Assembly (NCBI GenBank): GCA_951406725.2
Contig: OX597814.1
Span: forward strand, 211,110,001 to 211,174,000
Reading direction: 5' to 3'
Length of the DNA stretch: 64,000 bases
Source: Octopus vulgaris
Lineage: Eukaryota
The notes under the pieces were generated by a model. That model had not been told where the DNA came from. It searched no databases and worked only from the letters and a program-made list of their open reading frames with translations. The translations under genes were made by a program, and so were the position numbers. Shown here in pieces: positions 26,226 to 40,647 of the stretch (position 1 is its first letter; each line of letters opens with the position of its first letter).

Positions 26226-27989
26226 TTTTTATAAACTTATTTTACATTTCATATATTCCGTCATTCGAAATGCATATTTAGCTGATAGCTTGCAGCCGTA
26301 TCATTTTAATCAGTATTTTTGCAAATGAGGTGTAACATAGAAAACATGACGTTCTATTTTGTATTTCCTATCTATTTTATCCAAACTTTTTTCACGATTC
26401 TCCTCACTAGCAATGTGTTCGGTAAACTGTAATTCACTGTTTTGAGTAACATCATAAATAGTCTACCACTATTAATAAAACAGGATGTTAGATATATCAA
26501 CATATAGGTAGGAAGTAAAAACATAGGAAGTAAAAAAAAAACTAAGTATTTATAATTTACTCATAGTAAAGACTTTTATGAAGAAAAACGATTTCTTTTT
26601 CTTCGTACACTGATATAAATAACAGCACTACATCATTCGCATTCACATATAGCATTTTAAAACTTTTTAACTGAAAAAATCGAAAGCACAGATGTTTAAA
26701 AATTAGCATGCATTCAGTAGATGTAAGGAGGCAGCATATATGCTTTAAGGCCCCAAACATTTATAGAAATAGTCGAATTTCTTTCTAAAGATATATGAAG
26801 ATAGATATATTTTACAGTAGATAAAGAGGATTTTGGTCATTATATTGAATATTGTTCTCTATGCATAACAACAATAAGAAACATTTACGAAAAATGGGAA
26901 GTTCTTGATGTTTATGAGCTAGTATGAATGAAAATAAATTCGTAAAGCAATATGTAATATTTTAAATAATTTAGTGTTACGAGAAATCTAATGATATGGT
27001 ACTGATATTTTCCTTCGTACAAACACGCACGCGCCTGCACCACATCTCTACATGTATGTGCGTGTGTGTGCGCATATATGTATGTATGTAAAGATGTGGA
27101 GAGACGGGGAGAGACAGGGAGAGATAGAGACATAGAAAGATTGATAGATAGATGTTAGATAGATAGATAGATAGACATATAGACAGAATTCTGTATATTA
27201 ACGTAATTCACTCCATTAAGGTAGCAATGTGGTAAGGCTTTAACTTGTAGAATAGGTCTCAATGAGATAAATAACATTGAATTACATTGTTGGCTTTAAT
27301 ACAGAAACTTAAAGAACCAACTACGGCATTAGATGGGATATTTCTATCTAACATCGGGCTCTATGTTCAAAGGTCCAATAGATGTTTAATGAGTTCTCTT
27401 GAAAATTTATATCTCTTTAAAAAATGTGAGAGTCTCCAACGAAAATAAAGATTTATTTTTCATTATGTTCGCATTTTCTATTAATAACTTGTTCACGCAT
27501 ATTTGACAATTTTATTGCAAACTTGATTATCTCCCCTGTTTTGTTATTTCTGTCTTATTCCTTAGGAGCGTTACTTGTTCAAACGGCATCTGCTCAAAAG
27601 CACCTGTCAACCTCTCTTGTATAAGTTATATAAATTCATATTTCGGCCAGGAATCCCGGGATAGCTGTATTTCACAAGTGTGGTTTTTATTATAACATTA
27701 TCTTTACTTTGTTAGTTACTCAAATGCTAGTGTACTTGTTAAAGCCTTACCATATAATTCATTGTTACCTTACTGGAATTACAATCAGAAATTCTTCGTA
27801 AGGTTGGCGAAGTTTATCCTGTACAGTCGACCGCTGTATGTTATAAATAGACTGCGTCACAATGGATGTCTTTCATATGGATTACTCTGTGAAAGAAATT
27901 CCTACACTAGGTGAGTATGATCGTAGGAAAAAGTGAAAATGTGATTGAACGCTAACAAAGGAAGACCTAAAAGTTTGACGGGGAATAAC

Positions 27990-28960
27990 CACACTTAACA
28001 ACATACATCCCAACATTCAATTCACTATGGAATTCAGCAAACATCATCTCCCTTTTCTTGATCTCCTAATTATAAAAAACACCTAACAACCAAATCACAA
28101 CCGACATCTACCACAAACCTACAGACTCACAATGATACAACCCCTTCAGTTCAGGCCACCCAAAACACATCAAGATAAATATCCCCTTCAACTCAGCTAA
28201 AAGGATTTGCCCCAATGTCTCGGATCCAACAACTCGAGAAATACACCTTCAAGACCTAAAATAAACACTATTACAACGCCAATATCCATCCACACTCATA
28301 GACTATGGAATAAAACGTGCCAAAGAACTCGACAATAATACACTGAAAACCACGCAACACAGTAACACACCCAACCGCAAAATACTTCCATACATTTCCA
28401 CCCACAACATTGAACCATACACCACAATGATACAAAACCTCCCCTTACTGTCCACAGACCAAAAAGGAATAATATTATCAATACAAATAAAATCCTTAAA
28501 TGCAAAAGGCAACCTAAATCATTGAAAAAACTCTTAACAAAGGCAAAACTTCACACAACACATCAACCCCCATCAGTTGAAAAATGTGAACGCCTTAACT
28601 GTGGTACCTGCCCCTTCCTACTTGAAGTCTCTGAATTTACTTTCAAACAAGGAACAAAGTTTAAAATCAAGACCAACTTCTCTTGTTCCTCCGAGAAATT
28701 CATTTATGTTCTTACATGCGTCGGTTGCCAACACAATTATATCGGACAAACGAACCTTCCTTTACGCAGAGGAGTAGCAGTCCATAAAGAACAGATACAT
28801 CTCCCCCAATACCGTTAAATTCCACTCAGTAGCCACATAGACTCTTACGCTAGAAATAAAAATCCGAAATTCCGTATATTCCCATTCTATGAATGTAAAG
28901 GCAGAATCTCTACACAAGGAAGAATCAACAAGGGCAATCATTTTATAGAACAATTCCAAA
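27990..28960 (+). mobile_element. Penelope-like retroelement 3' ORF fragment (RT thumb + GIY-YIG endonuclease), pseudogenised
   Basis: NIHPNIQFTMEFSKHHLPFLDLLI, TTDIYHKPTDS, SGHPKHIKINIPF, LLQRQYP, ILPYISTHN, KRQPKSLKKLLTKAKL, KCERLNCGTC, CSSEKFIYVLTCVGCQHNYIGQT..LRR.VAVH; several stops and frameshifts. Confidence 0.92.
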
Positions 28961-29342
28961 CGTTTCATAATATGCAAACTCCAGGGTAACCGTATTTCTT
29001 TTTCTAGCATCCTGTCAAACCCCAGCATTCCAATTAATGAGTATAACATTCACAGAATTGTCTCCCCTTATTCACAGGAATTGGATAACTCCTACCCTAT
29101 TCCCTGTTTTGACACATAAACATCCAACCTTCTCAAACAAAGCACTACACTTAAACACATGCATGCTAATCCTCCCAAAAGTTTCTCTATGGACTAATAT
29201 TGAACTCTAAAAGCATAAAGACACTACAATGCATTGGTATACTTATTTATTATTTTTGCATATATTTATTATTTTTTGAAAAACATTGTAAATTACTTTT
29301 TTTCTCTTCCTCAGTTTAAAAAAATAATTTTTTCCATTTCCT

Positions 29343-29382
29343 AATCTTGAAGATTTACATTGCAATGGAAGCCGCTGTGATT
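29343..29382 (+). ncRNA. Decayed hammerhead-like motif downstream of the Penelope ORF (pLTR position)
   Basis: AATC TTGAAGA ...CATTGCAATG GAAG CCGC TGT GATT; stem I AATC/GATT is retained, core is mutated. Confidence 0.35.
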
Positions 29383-31626
29383 TCCTTTTTTCAATTTTTC
29401 ATAGACCCATTTTTATTAAAATTTGCTTTCAGTTTAGCATTCTGCCTTATTATTTTTCCTCTCCTATTATTTCTCCACGTGCGGTTAATACAACCACACC
29501 ATTTACTATCTAATGTCTATGGCTACCTTTAGCCCTGATTCACTCGGTAAATTCTTCCGTTGGGTAATTCCGTGTTCTGTTTGCTGGTTAGTAAAAATTA
29601 TTAATAATAATAAATAGTACGGATACTTGTACATGTACAAAATTTATTTGATAGTTATATACAGCATATTATAATGACTTCCACATGTTTAAGATGCAGG
29701 GACTACAAACTGCTGCAAATGCAATATTGTCGGTGCAGCTTCATCGGTGTCCGTTCATTTGGTCATTCTCAAAATGAACTGATTGAAGTAAATTCTCGTT
29801 ACTTAGTGTTCTATAGGTGGTGAGGATGTAGTTATTTATAGGTATGTAGTTATCAATAGGTATTTTTTGGTATTGATGTCACCTTTATCGCATCAGTCCA
29901 TATCCGAAGTTAGAGCTTGGTCTTCAAAAGGGTTATGATCGAGATTATTATTTTTGAAAGGCTCTTTGATGGAGCAGCACAGAAAATATTGTAAGATTAC
30001 ATTTGCACTAATGAGTAATCGCTACAACGGAAATAGATGCAACATATTTTAATATGCCGTGAATAATTAAAAAATGCATAAAATAAATTTTGTAGAATTA
30101 CAAGTTTACATACTCTGCAATAATGCATCTTCGAAACTTGTTTATTAAAATAGTATTCCCATTTAATACACATTCCCTCACCTGTTTCTTCATAAACGTC
30201 CTGTAATCATTTGACGTCACATAAACGTGCGTTTAATTGGTTCAGTAGCAGTACATAATAATCCAGTGTACAGATCTCTATGCAACTTTGTTCAAAGTAT
30301 TACTCATGCGGTTTGGAAGCGAACAAGGGAATTCAGAATTAAATAGTTTTAAGTCATATTCATGGTGATGGAACCATACAGTCTTTATGTACACGATAGG
30401 AGAGCTTGTTTTGAAACAGTTATAGATTCTAGTATCATTTACACTTAGAATGACCTTTTAGAGTTTAAGAAAATAAGTCCCAGATCAGGGTGCATTCACT
30501 TCACTGGCCTTCGAAAAAAATGAAGATAGACTGAAGTGGTATAAGATAAATACATACAAAGAGAAGAATTTAAAGAAAGTGAAAAGAAAGAAGAAATGAA
30601 AAATAAAGAGAAATTAGGTATAGTGTGACATTCTTAAAAGATAACTGAAGTAAATCTATGATATTATTGCCGGTTTATCTTATGTACACGTCTATCTATG
30701 TAATATCCTATTAAAAATCATATTTTGGAAGACAATTGTACATTATTTCTAAAAGAATTCGCGTATTTCAGAGCTAATTCGTTTTCGTGATCAAGTAACC
30801 TGTAATTAGGTGTAAAGCTATGGCACATTCCTTCAAAGAATAAATTACAATCTAAATTCCAAAGATTATGTGGTGAAGCCCTACAATGATTATATGTTAT
30901 ATTTGGTGCAAACACGATGAACCCATTTAAACTTGTGGTTACGCAATCTTGGCTTAAAGTCTGTAGATCATGACCCTATGTAATAATTGAAAATATTATA
31001 GACTCACTGTACATTTAGAAATTATGTTCGTTTCTATGTAAGCTGTTTAAAATCCAATGAAGCCGAGAGTTACTTATTGAGAGAAGTTGCTTGTAATTAT
31101 TCATATCAAACAATATTATATGCTGCTATTCATTTGACATGGTTAGCCAGAACCAGAATCACATCAGAGAACTAAAGACTTATCGGCTCGGATTCCAGTT
31201 CCCAATTCCTTTAGGATATTCTTTGTCGATACCTTGCGTGCCGCCTTGGTCAATAGCGGCCTATCGTCCGGCAGCTATCTTCGAATCATGTATCTTACCA
31301 TTCGGTTAGCTAAAGTCTGAAAGAGGCGGGATCTTTTAGAGGTCTGCGAATCTTCAAGACGCACGGAACCAAACATTACTGGCTTATGTATGTATATATA
31401 CACACACGTACACACGCGCACGCCCGAGTACGAACACAAACACACACATAATTTATATTATATTATATACATAAGTGTGTGCACAGGCTTCGGGTGTAAG
31501 AAAGTGCTTAGTACATTTTACATGCGTTATGTTGAGCCCAAGTACGTTAAACGTTATATATATCAGGAAATTCAGTCTCTCAGCCGCCATCTCAGTTTTT
31601 CTTTTTCCTATCCTGTCATCAATTAT

Positions 31627-31697
<71 letters not shown>

Positions 31698-34600
31698 GTG
31701 TATATTGGATTATAATATTCTATATATTTTGCCGCCAACATTATATAAAATCGACATGAGATTCCCTTTTACATGGGAAAATTAGATAAGAATCTTCAGA
31801 ATTACGTCCTTCATAATAGTTTTCAGGAAAATCCATCTTGGTAGATTTCCCAAACTGCTGTGTTTCTATAATATAGTTTATATAATCATTGTGTAATATT
31901 TCTAGGACATGTAATTTTTTAGAGAAGGGAAAACAAAACTTAATATAAGGTCGATTCTAAAATAGACATATTCTGTAAGTTTTTTAACTAACTTCCTTTA
32001 CGAAGATTTACTTTCCTCTTCTTATGTTTGGAAGAACAATTGGATACTTTATATTATATATTATCATTGTATCCACTACATGAAATTTCGACCAGAATGA
32101 AGCTTTTGACCACTCTAATGGATGTGGGTGTGTGTGTGTGTATGCGTGTGTGCGTGTGTGATTTTCTTTCGTGGGTGTATGAAACGGACTGTCAGACTTG
32201 CATACATCCATCCATATATAGATACATACATACATATGTATATTCATACGCAGATAGACCGATTTCAATGAAAATATGAAGGATTGAGGATTTATGTAGC
32301 TGACTGGTAAGTCATATGAATACGTAAAAGACTGGCAGTAATATGCTACTTTGTTTACCCATCTATCTGTGCATTCACACATGCCTTTATAATCCCTTTT
32401 GCCAGCAACATATCAATGAAGTCGTATGACATTATATGTTTTATTGTCATTTTGCGTTACCTATACGTCTATCAGATGGCAAAAGAGATAACCATAAGAT
32501 CAAAAAATACAAATAAAAAAACCATTACAGTAAATATGCAAGAGAAAGTGAAAAAAAGAAGAGATATATAAATCATGAAAGTGAAAAATGATAAAAGAAC
32601 GAATTAGCGATAAATATATTTGCGTGTATGAGTATATGTATGATTCTAAATGTGTAGCTGTATATGAAAGCGTATGAATATTCCCACCGAAACAACTCCA
32701 TGTGATGTTTGCCTTCTGTAAGCTATCATTCTGCTCGGTCTCATCAAATAATGTTTCAATATGAAAAACAATTAACACAAATTCATTAGATTTAGAAACA
32801 GAACACAAAATAATATATACGCACTTTTAGTGCATTAAAGGTTAGAAATACAAAACAAAAATTGTATTTAGCTCAAAAGATTATATATACATTGTTTTTC
32901 GCTTGTGTAAGGTATTAGTAACATATTTTGTTATTATTTCGGCAGGAAATGTAAATACTATTGTACGCCCTGAAATAATATATCTACGACAATTTGTAAA
33001 TTTCTATGGTACAAAACTACACTGATATTATGACATTGATTGATGTAATTTTCACACACTGAGAATTCTTCTTTGTGATGTCTTCATAAACCCTATAAAA
33101 TTAACTTACTTTTAGTTACTGCATAACATTGTTTTATGGTGGTTGCTTCATGCTCTTTGTGCATAAAACGATATTTTAACTGCAGCGATTTTCACTATTA
33201 AAGACGCTGCAATACATTATTATTGAGAATTTCTGAAAGTGTATCTGATCAGATGAACGGTAAAATATCGACGACACAGTTATTTAAGCAGAAGGTTCAA
33301 TGAATATCAATGCCCCTAGACGTAACGGCACCTTTTTTCATCTTTTTCTGATAATGTTTCTATATCATTAATGCAACTTAAACTACTACTATAGATAAGA
33401 CACAGGAAACTATACCAGCAACATGTACTAAAGCAATTCCAGATAACCTCTACACAAAAGTTCCAACTATAAATCAACGATGTATGAGCCAATAGAGCAA
33501 TCACTGTATCACAGGAATAATAGTTAAAAGTTAGCATGTGCCATTTATATATCTGAGTCGTATTCTATACTGGAAACGAACATTGGTTTATATATATAAA
33601 ATCTTATCTGTAAGTCAGTCGTGTCTAATACCTCTCAACGCATTCAACATGTATTCAAATACCTTTTGTAAAGCCTGGGAATTTTTTATTGCAAATCTAT
33701 GGTATGATATTTAGGAAATATTCATGCCACATGTATCAGATAGATATCATCCGAACATGAGGCTTACGCAAATTTGAAGAAATACTTGTTGCCCAGGGTA
33801 TGAGTACATTTTGTATTATGACTGGGAAAACCTGAATTCTGGCTCTCTCCGAGAGCCAGATAAATAGTTTAGTGTTTAGAAGTTTTTCATAGTTATTGAA
33901 TGATAAATTTGCCTTTGTGCATGATATACTTTTTCTAGTAAAGCGTAGATACTGAAATGGTTAAAATTCCTAGTCATTTTAAATTGACACTCCATAACTT
34001 ACAACTGTCAAATACCTGACATCAATGTCTAGTATATATTTTTGGTTACAAAACAAAAATGTCTCCAATCTTACAGCAGCTAAAATTACACATTTCCTTA
34101 TCGACTGCTAAGTTTTGTTGTGCCTGTGCATCCATTATTCACTATACCTATCAATCTATCTGTCTGTCTCTCCGTATCTATATCTATATCTCCATGTGTA
34201 TATGTTTGATCTATATTATATCATTATACTATATATGCTATATTATATGTCATATATATACTTACATATACGCATTAATTTACTCAGACAATAAATCGAT
34301 AGCTGAAATACATTAGGTTTCGAGTTGATCACTCTAAATGTGTAACAACAGTTCATCATCGTAACAATATACATTTATTTACTTATCGATTACATTTGTC
34401 TTATAGTTACATAGGAATAGATTGTTGTCAATAATACATTACATTTGCTTCCTATGTTAATTATAAACATTCATTTACCCTCACCCTCTTTTTATGCTCG
34501 TCATTCCGCCATGAATTAAATAAATGTAAATCTTAAATTGTTTCATGTCTACAATTTTATGTCCTTAAGAGCAATTTTGTAATAGGTTATAAAGTTCATT

Positions 34601-35351
34601 GTACAGACACATATTTCACAAAATATTCTACAATAACGATAAAATTGCTGAAAGAAAATAGATCTTTTTATTACGGACAACTATTAAGATACCGATTAAA
34701 GAAAAAGAAAAATACAAATATATAAACAAACAAACGTGTTAGTTTTGTCGATAATATGTTGAAGAAAAACAGCTGATAGCAATCTCGGTGTTTCTGTGAA
34801 GTAACATTTTTATCAATATACTTCTGGATAAATCTATGTTGCTTCATATTTGTTTGTCTATGTAGGAAAATGTTACACTTGAGATTTTTTTAATGTTCCG
34901 AGGACAATATCAACAGTAAAATCTAAATGTATCATAATATATGCCGCGTAATATTGTGTATGGTATAATAAAATTGACGGTGAAAAGTTGAATCAATAGT
35001 TTTTAAAAGAAATCAAAAGTAAGCGTTGAATCTATTTTCTGGTCAGTCATCACAGACGTCTATTACTTTCTAATAGTCGCAATTTTTGGCCTGAAAGAGC
35101 AATTTCAGATTGTAACTTCCACTAAACGCATATAACGTGAGGCAAAGACAACGACATTAGACGGATAACTTTGTGATGCGCAATATATACCTACGAAGAA
35201 GCAAATATAATTGCTAACAAAATGGCTTGCGGTAACAAATTAAGTACTATAATAGATGTTAATATCGAGTAAAAGAACTCATACATATCAAATAACATTT
35301 TTATCGCTCAAGAAGAAGTCAATAACCAATGAAATTATGTAATTATACCTA

Positions 35352-35405
<54 letters not shown>

Positions 35406-35603
35406 CATGTATGTATGTGTGTGTGTGTATACACACACACATACACACAAACACATTCATACATACATATATATACACAGACATGCAGGGTAGTAAATTG
35501 ACACCTTTAATTTTCAAAATTTCTGATCTAGGCGTCTTAATATGTTTTCAGCGGTGTAGAATTTACAGTGTAATTACTCGTTTTTCATTCCAGCTTTGAC
35601 TTT

Positions 35604-36418
35604 TGAGCGGGGGGCAAACAGATCGAGCATTTCAAGTGTAACTGCCCGAAACGGTAAAGACCTCCGGTAACTTGAATGAGGACCTTGAATTATGCTGTGC
35701 CTGCGCACTAAGATTTAATGTTGTAGCTCACTTCTGCTGTTTACAGCAGTGCTTGTAATGTAGTTGTGTAGTGTGTCACCGTTGCATTGACCATGACAGA
35801 GAAAGTTGAGCAGAGAATCTACATAAAATTATGGGAAAAGCTTCGCAATACCTGCTCCAAGACCAACGCAAAGTTTGTAAAATCATTCATCGTTCTCGAC
35901 ACAACGAAGGAGATCTGGTCCAACTGAAACTCGACCTTCTTTTTGGTCAGCTGAAGGCAGTTTTCACACAAACTTGACAAACAGTCGTCTCATACACAAA
36001 TCTGCACATCCTCTGATAACTCAGGGATGTTGATTCGACGATTTACCCTCACATCTGCGATTTTGTCTCAGTTCTGCTGGTTGCCGGTCTCCCAGAACAT
36101 TCGTCAATTTCTGAACCACTCATACACTTGTGTGTGGCTCACATACTCCTCTCCATACACATTCTGTAACTTTGTGTAGGTCTGTGAGCTGATATTGACA
36201 TGACGGCTTTCTCCGCCATGATCAACGCGACGATCACACGTCACCTTCCAAGCATTGCTTTAAACAGAAGTGTGCTATAGCATTAATAGGCTAGAGCATT
36301 AAAATATCGTGAGCATGCATAACAACGGTTAAGGTCAATCTTTATCAATCTTTACACTGCGTGCTTTAGTTTTGTTACTATGGCAACAGACCGTATATTT
36401 AATTTTCAGGCCACCTAT
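35604..36418. mobile_element. Mariner-derived fold-back element: two convergent 5' transposase fragments
   Basis: + arm from 35793: MTEKVEQRIYIKLWEKL. - arm from 36219: ...TYTKLQNVYGEEYVSHTQVYEWFRN..DECSGRPATSRT..NRRINIPELSEDVQI..MRRLFVKFV (mariner N-terminal HTH region). The sequences upstream of both ATGs are homologous. Confidence 0.8.
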
Positions 36419-36443
36419 AACTCTCTGTCTGTCAAGCCACCCT

Positions 36444-36531
<88 letters not shown>

Positions 36532-36790
36532 GAAAGAGAGAGAAAGGTAGATAGATTCTACTAAAAATACCGGCAGAACTGTTTTTTGAAAGTGTTTCAT
36601 TAAAGAAACAAAGTAATCAAATCGTATATAGTGAATTTTTACCATTTTTCTGTTGGAATATGCTAGTTATGTTTCGTTTAATTCTTAAAATGAGGAGTTT
36701 AGTAAAATAACTTTGTCATTGTTATATCAGTGTTTGGAATACAAATTAATGTGAAATTTTGAAGGATGGTTTTAATTTAGATCACTTTAA

Positions 36791-37015
36791 CCCTTTTGCA
36801 TTTAAACCAGCCATAGCCAACCCAAATATTCCACCTGTTTTATGTTTGAAATGGCCAGATCCAGCCTCTCATACCTACTCTACAATGCAATGTAATTTTA
36901 AAAATAAACAATCACATCATCAAAATCTCAACTCTATGAGATAATGCATGATTAATTCAAAACCTTGTGGATAAATAAGCATTAAATTTGACAGAGGAAT
37001 CTAAATGCTACAGGG
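36791..37015. mobile_element. piggyBac-type MITE with TTAA target duplication
   Basis: TTAA|CCCTTTTGCATTTA ... TAAATGCTACAGGG|TTAA; a second truncated copy starts TTAA|CCCATTACCATTTAAACC at ~37076 and runs to ~37250. Confidence 0.8.
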
Positions 37016-37261
37016 TTAAAACAGGAAACTTGTATCATAGAACCAAGAGTGAAATTGGAATCTTGAAGTTATTTAACCCATTACCATTTAAACCAACCAA
37101 TTCTGACCCAGATATTTTGTTTTATGTTCAAACTGTCAAAATATGTCCTTTTACACATACCCTACGATGTCATTCTAAAAATATACAGTCACATCATTGA
37201 AATCTCAAAGGTATGAGATAATATATGATTATTCAAAACAATAACTCCTTATACTCCAATA

Positions 37262-37391
37262 GGCGCAGGAGTAGCTGTGTGGTAAGTAGCTTGCTAACCA
37301 ACCACATGGTTCCGGGTTCAGTCCCACTGCGTGGCATCTTGAGCAAGTGTCTCCTGCTATAGCCTCGGGCCGACCAATGCTTTGTGAGTGG

Positions 37392-37422
<31 letters not shown>

Positions 37423-37639
37423 GTGTGTGTCTGTGTTTGTCCCCTAGCATTGGTTGACAACCGATGTTGGTGTGTTTACGTCCCCGTCACTTAGCGGTTC
37501 GGCAAAAGAGACCGATAGAATAAGTACTGGGCTTACAAAGAACAAGTCCCGGGGTCGATTTGCTCGACTAAAGGCGGTGCTCCAGCATGGCTGCAGTCAA
37601 ATGACTGAAACAAGTAAAAAAAAAAAAAAAAAAAAAAAA
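37262..37639 (+). mobile_element. tRNA-derived SINE family A (internal deletion)
   Basis: GGCGCAGGAGTAGCTGTGTGGTAAG head, B-box-like GGTTCAGTCCC, central (TA)/(TG) tract, 3' GGCGGTGCTCCAGCATGGCTGCAGTCAAATGACTGAAACAAGT + A-run. Confidence 0.92.
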
Positions 37640-38979
37640 TATCTACTCAAACTAAAATGCACGTAATGTGCCAATAATTAAACTCTGTTCAATCGATGAA
37701 TACGATGTGTGTGCTAGCCTATTTTAGAATATTTCTTTATGTTTGCATTTTAAATATTACCTTTTGGCAGGTTTTAATATAGGCTCCATCTTCGTAGTTA
37801 CAATATGATTTCCGACTAATATGAATAATAATACAGCCAAGAATAAGGAGACTACTTCTAATAAGATGGATCGTAAAATGATAATGTTGATATATTTGTC
37901 TGACAAATGAAATGTTAGTTACGTCATACATCATTATTAGTGTAACATATGCGCTTAACAAATTGATGTATATATAGTCAGAATATGATTAGTTTCAAAA
38001 TACAAAAGAATATCGTGTTTCATATGAGACAATATATAACAGTAGAGTGGACACTACTACTAAGCAGCAGATAAATAATGAAGGAATTGAACAGAAAGCT
38101 GACGATATGTCCGAAGGGATATGATATATGCAAACAGCTTAAAAGCATACATGTAACCGTCGAATATAAATTACATGCATAACAGTCAACCTTTTATAAA
38201 CATCTTTGTAAATACAAACGTAGATTAATGGACGTTATATTAATATGTAACGGGAAACGTGACATCACAACATATCAATTCGCACTGATTTAAGAGTATT
38301 GAATTTCTTTCAGTATGTTTGTATTCTTTTAACATTTGCAAATGTGGTGTACAGTAAACTATCTATAATGATAAACGATATGTTTCGGCAACATAGAATA
38401 TATGTGCGGAATGTCAATTCAATTCATAGCATAGTTAATTTAGATAGCCAAGCCAAGCAAAAAGATCTCGTATGTTATTAGATAATTCTTTCGGACGAAT
38501 TAAGGACAATAATTTTAGGGAAAAGCATAATGCCATGTCCTCTAAGCAATTCAGTGTGAGATTTGAGACTTTATTGCAAAAACTTTCTTGGTTATAAATC
38601 TTTTAGAAACTTCCCGGGGAGATTATGGCAACGTTAAAACATATTTCAGAGTTACTGAAAATATTATTCGATCAATAGCTATTATCGAGACAACAAACAG
38701 CCCAAAGAAACGGAGAATATTTTTAACTGCCGGTAATTTACTAAATATTTTATGTAACAAGATAGACAGACGCAGAGTACTGTTGTTGTTAAAAAAAATT
38801 TGATACATTATGTAAGACGTGAATCATATAAGAAAGCTTCTACATGCAAATCTTAAAAAGTATGCATTACGAAACTAATGCAGTTATAACGGGTCCTGAA
38901 TACAGTGGAACAGTTTACTAATGATCTGAAAATTTTCCTTTCGTCTGGAGAGAGGAAAAGTAAAATATTGTAAAGATTT

Positions 38980-39197
38980 ACGTTATTTACATTATTTATA
39001 TTCGACGGATATTTGTCCTCATCTCTTTTGTTCTTAACACAACGTTTGGGCTGATATACCCTCCAGCCTTCTTCAGGTGTCTTGGGGAAATTTCGAACCT
39101 GGGTTCTCATTCCTAAGGTATTTTCGATGTTGTTGTTGTTATTATTATTATAATGTAAATAATGTACATAATTCCTCAACTCTTAAATATAGAACAG
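38980..39197 (-). mobile_element. Second copy of the hammerhead-bearing tail of the 24.1-kb element, with inverted terminal segment
   Basis: Minus 39036-39081: GACAC CTGAAGA A GGCTG-gagggtatat-CAGCC CAAA CG T T GTGTT (G12 to C). 39150-39197 (+) TAATGTAAATAATGTACATAATTCCTCAACTCTTAAATATAGAAC is the reverse complement of 23958-24003. Confidence 0.8.
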
Positions 39198-39248
39198 TAT
39201 TATACAGATTGTCAAGGTGAACGGAATTTGAAAAGCACGTCCTGGAAG

Positions 39249-39448
<200 letters not shown>

Positions 39449-40225
39449 CGCAACTAATTTCCATTAACACATTTAGGGTTCAACACGGAGGGAACCGACG
39501 TGCACCTAGTAAAACTGTTGATTGCTGGCCGATAGAAAATAATTTTGTTTATTTTAATAATATTATTGCAACTCGACAGATTATTGTATCGTTAATGATA
39601 GTAAAACAAAGAATTTTTTGTTTTTGTTTTATATAAGTTCAATAATCGAGCACATAAAATCAGCCTTAGGCAAACTTAACTCAAAAGAAAAGCAACATGA
39701 ATAACTCATTAAAACAACCATCGAATTTCAACTCAACAGGAAAGATTGGCTATGAATTTCAGTCACAAAATGAATGCGAAATAAGTGAAGCATTCAAATT
39801 TCAATGCACTACGAAAGCAGCAGTGGCTGCTGGTGAGAATATGATGAAAAGTTGAATAAGTGAACTTTAGTCCACAGATCCCATAAATAAAATCGAAAAG
39901 GCTGAAATGGATCCAAATGGAATATATTTCTCTGCAGAATATGCATTTTACAGCTAGCTTGGAAACGAAATTACCTCAACATATCTAGAAAGAATTGATC
40001 ATGACCTCTGCTTCCTAACAGATTGATAAATGAAGAAGATACATACTTAAAAGTACAGCGTTAGCAAACAGATTAATACTGCATTACATTTAAAATACAT
40101 ATAATGAAAATGCAGACAAAATAAATTCGAGACTAAAATATGAACCACATAAAATTAGAAAAAATATGCTTCATCGCAAGCAAGACAAAGTATATATTTA
40201 TGTATATAATAAACAGTAACAAATA

Positions 40226-40647
40226 GGCGCAGGAGTGGTTGTGGTGGTAAGTAGCTTGCTAACCAGCCACATGGTTCCGGGTTCAGTCCCACTGCGTGGC
40301 ACCTTGGGCAAGTGTCTTCTGCTTTAGCCCCGGGCCGACCAATGCCTTGTGAGTGGATTTGGTAGACGGAAACCGAAAGAAGCTTGTCGAATATATGTAT
40401 ATATGTGTATAGATATGTATGTGTGTGTGTATGTGTTTGTGTGTATGTGTTTGTCCCGCTAGCATTGCCTGACAACCGATGCTGGTGTGTTTACGTTCCC
40501 GTCACTTAGCGGTTCGGCAAAAGAGACAGATAGAATAAGTACTGGACTTACAAAGAGTAAGTCCCGGGGTCGATTTGCTCGACTAAAGGCGGTGCTCCAG
40601 CATGGCCGCAGTCAAATGACTGAAACAAGTAAAAGAGTAAAGAGAGT
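40226..40647 (+). mobile_element. tRNA-derived SINE family A, near full length
   Basis: Full head, body and tail ending in GTAAAAGAGTAAAGAGAG; highly similar to the copies at 37.3, 50.4 and 54.3 kb. Confidence 0.93.

Noticed and set aside
27843-27917. TATAAATA...ATG MDVFHMDYSVKEIPTL|GTGAGT, a possible first coding exon
   Set aside because: No downstream exon found; it lies next to a Penelope relic and may be part of such an element.
33380-33495. Short open frame TIDKTQETIPATCTKAIPDNLYTKVPTINQRCMSQ
   Set aside because: No convincing splice sites or family resemblance.
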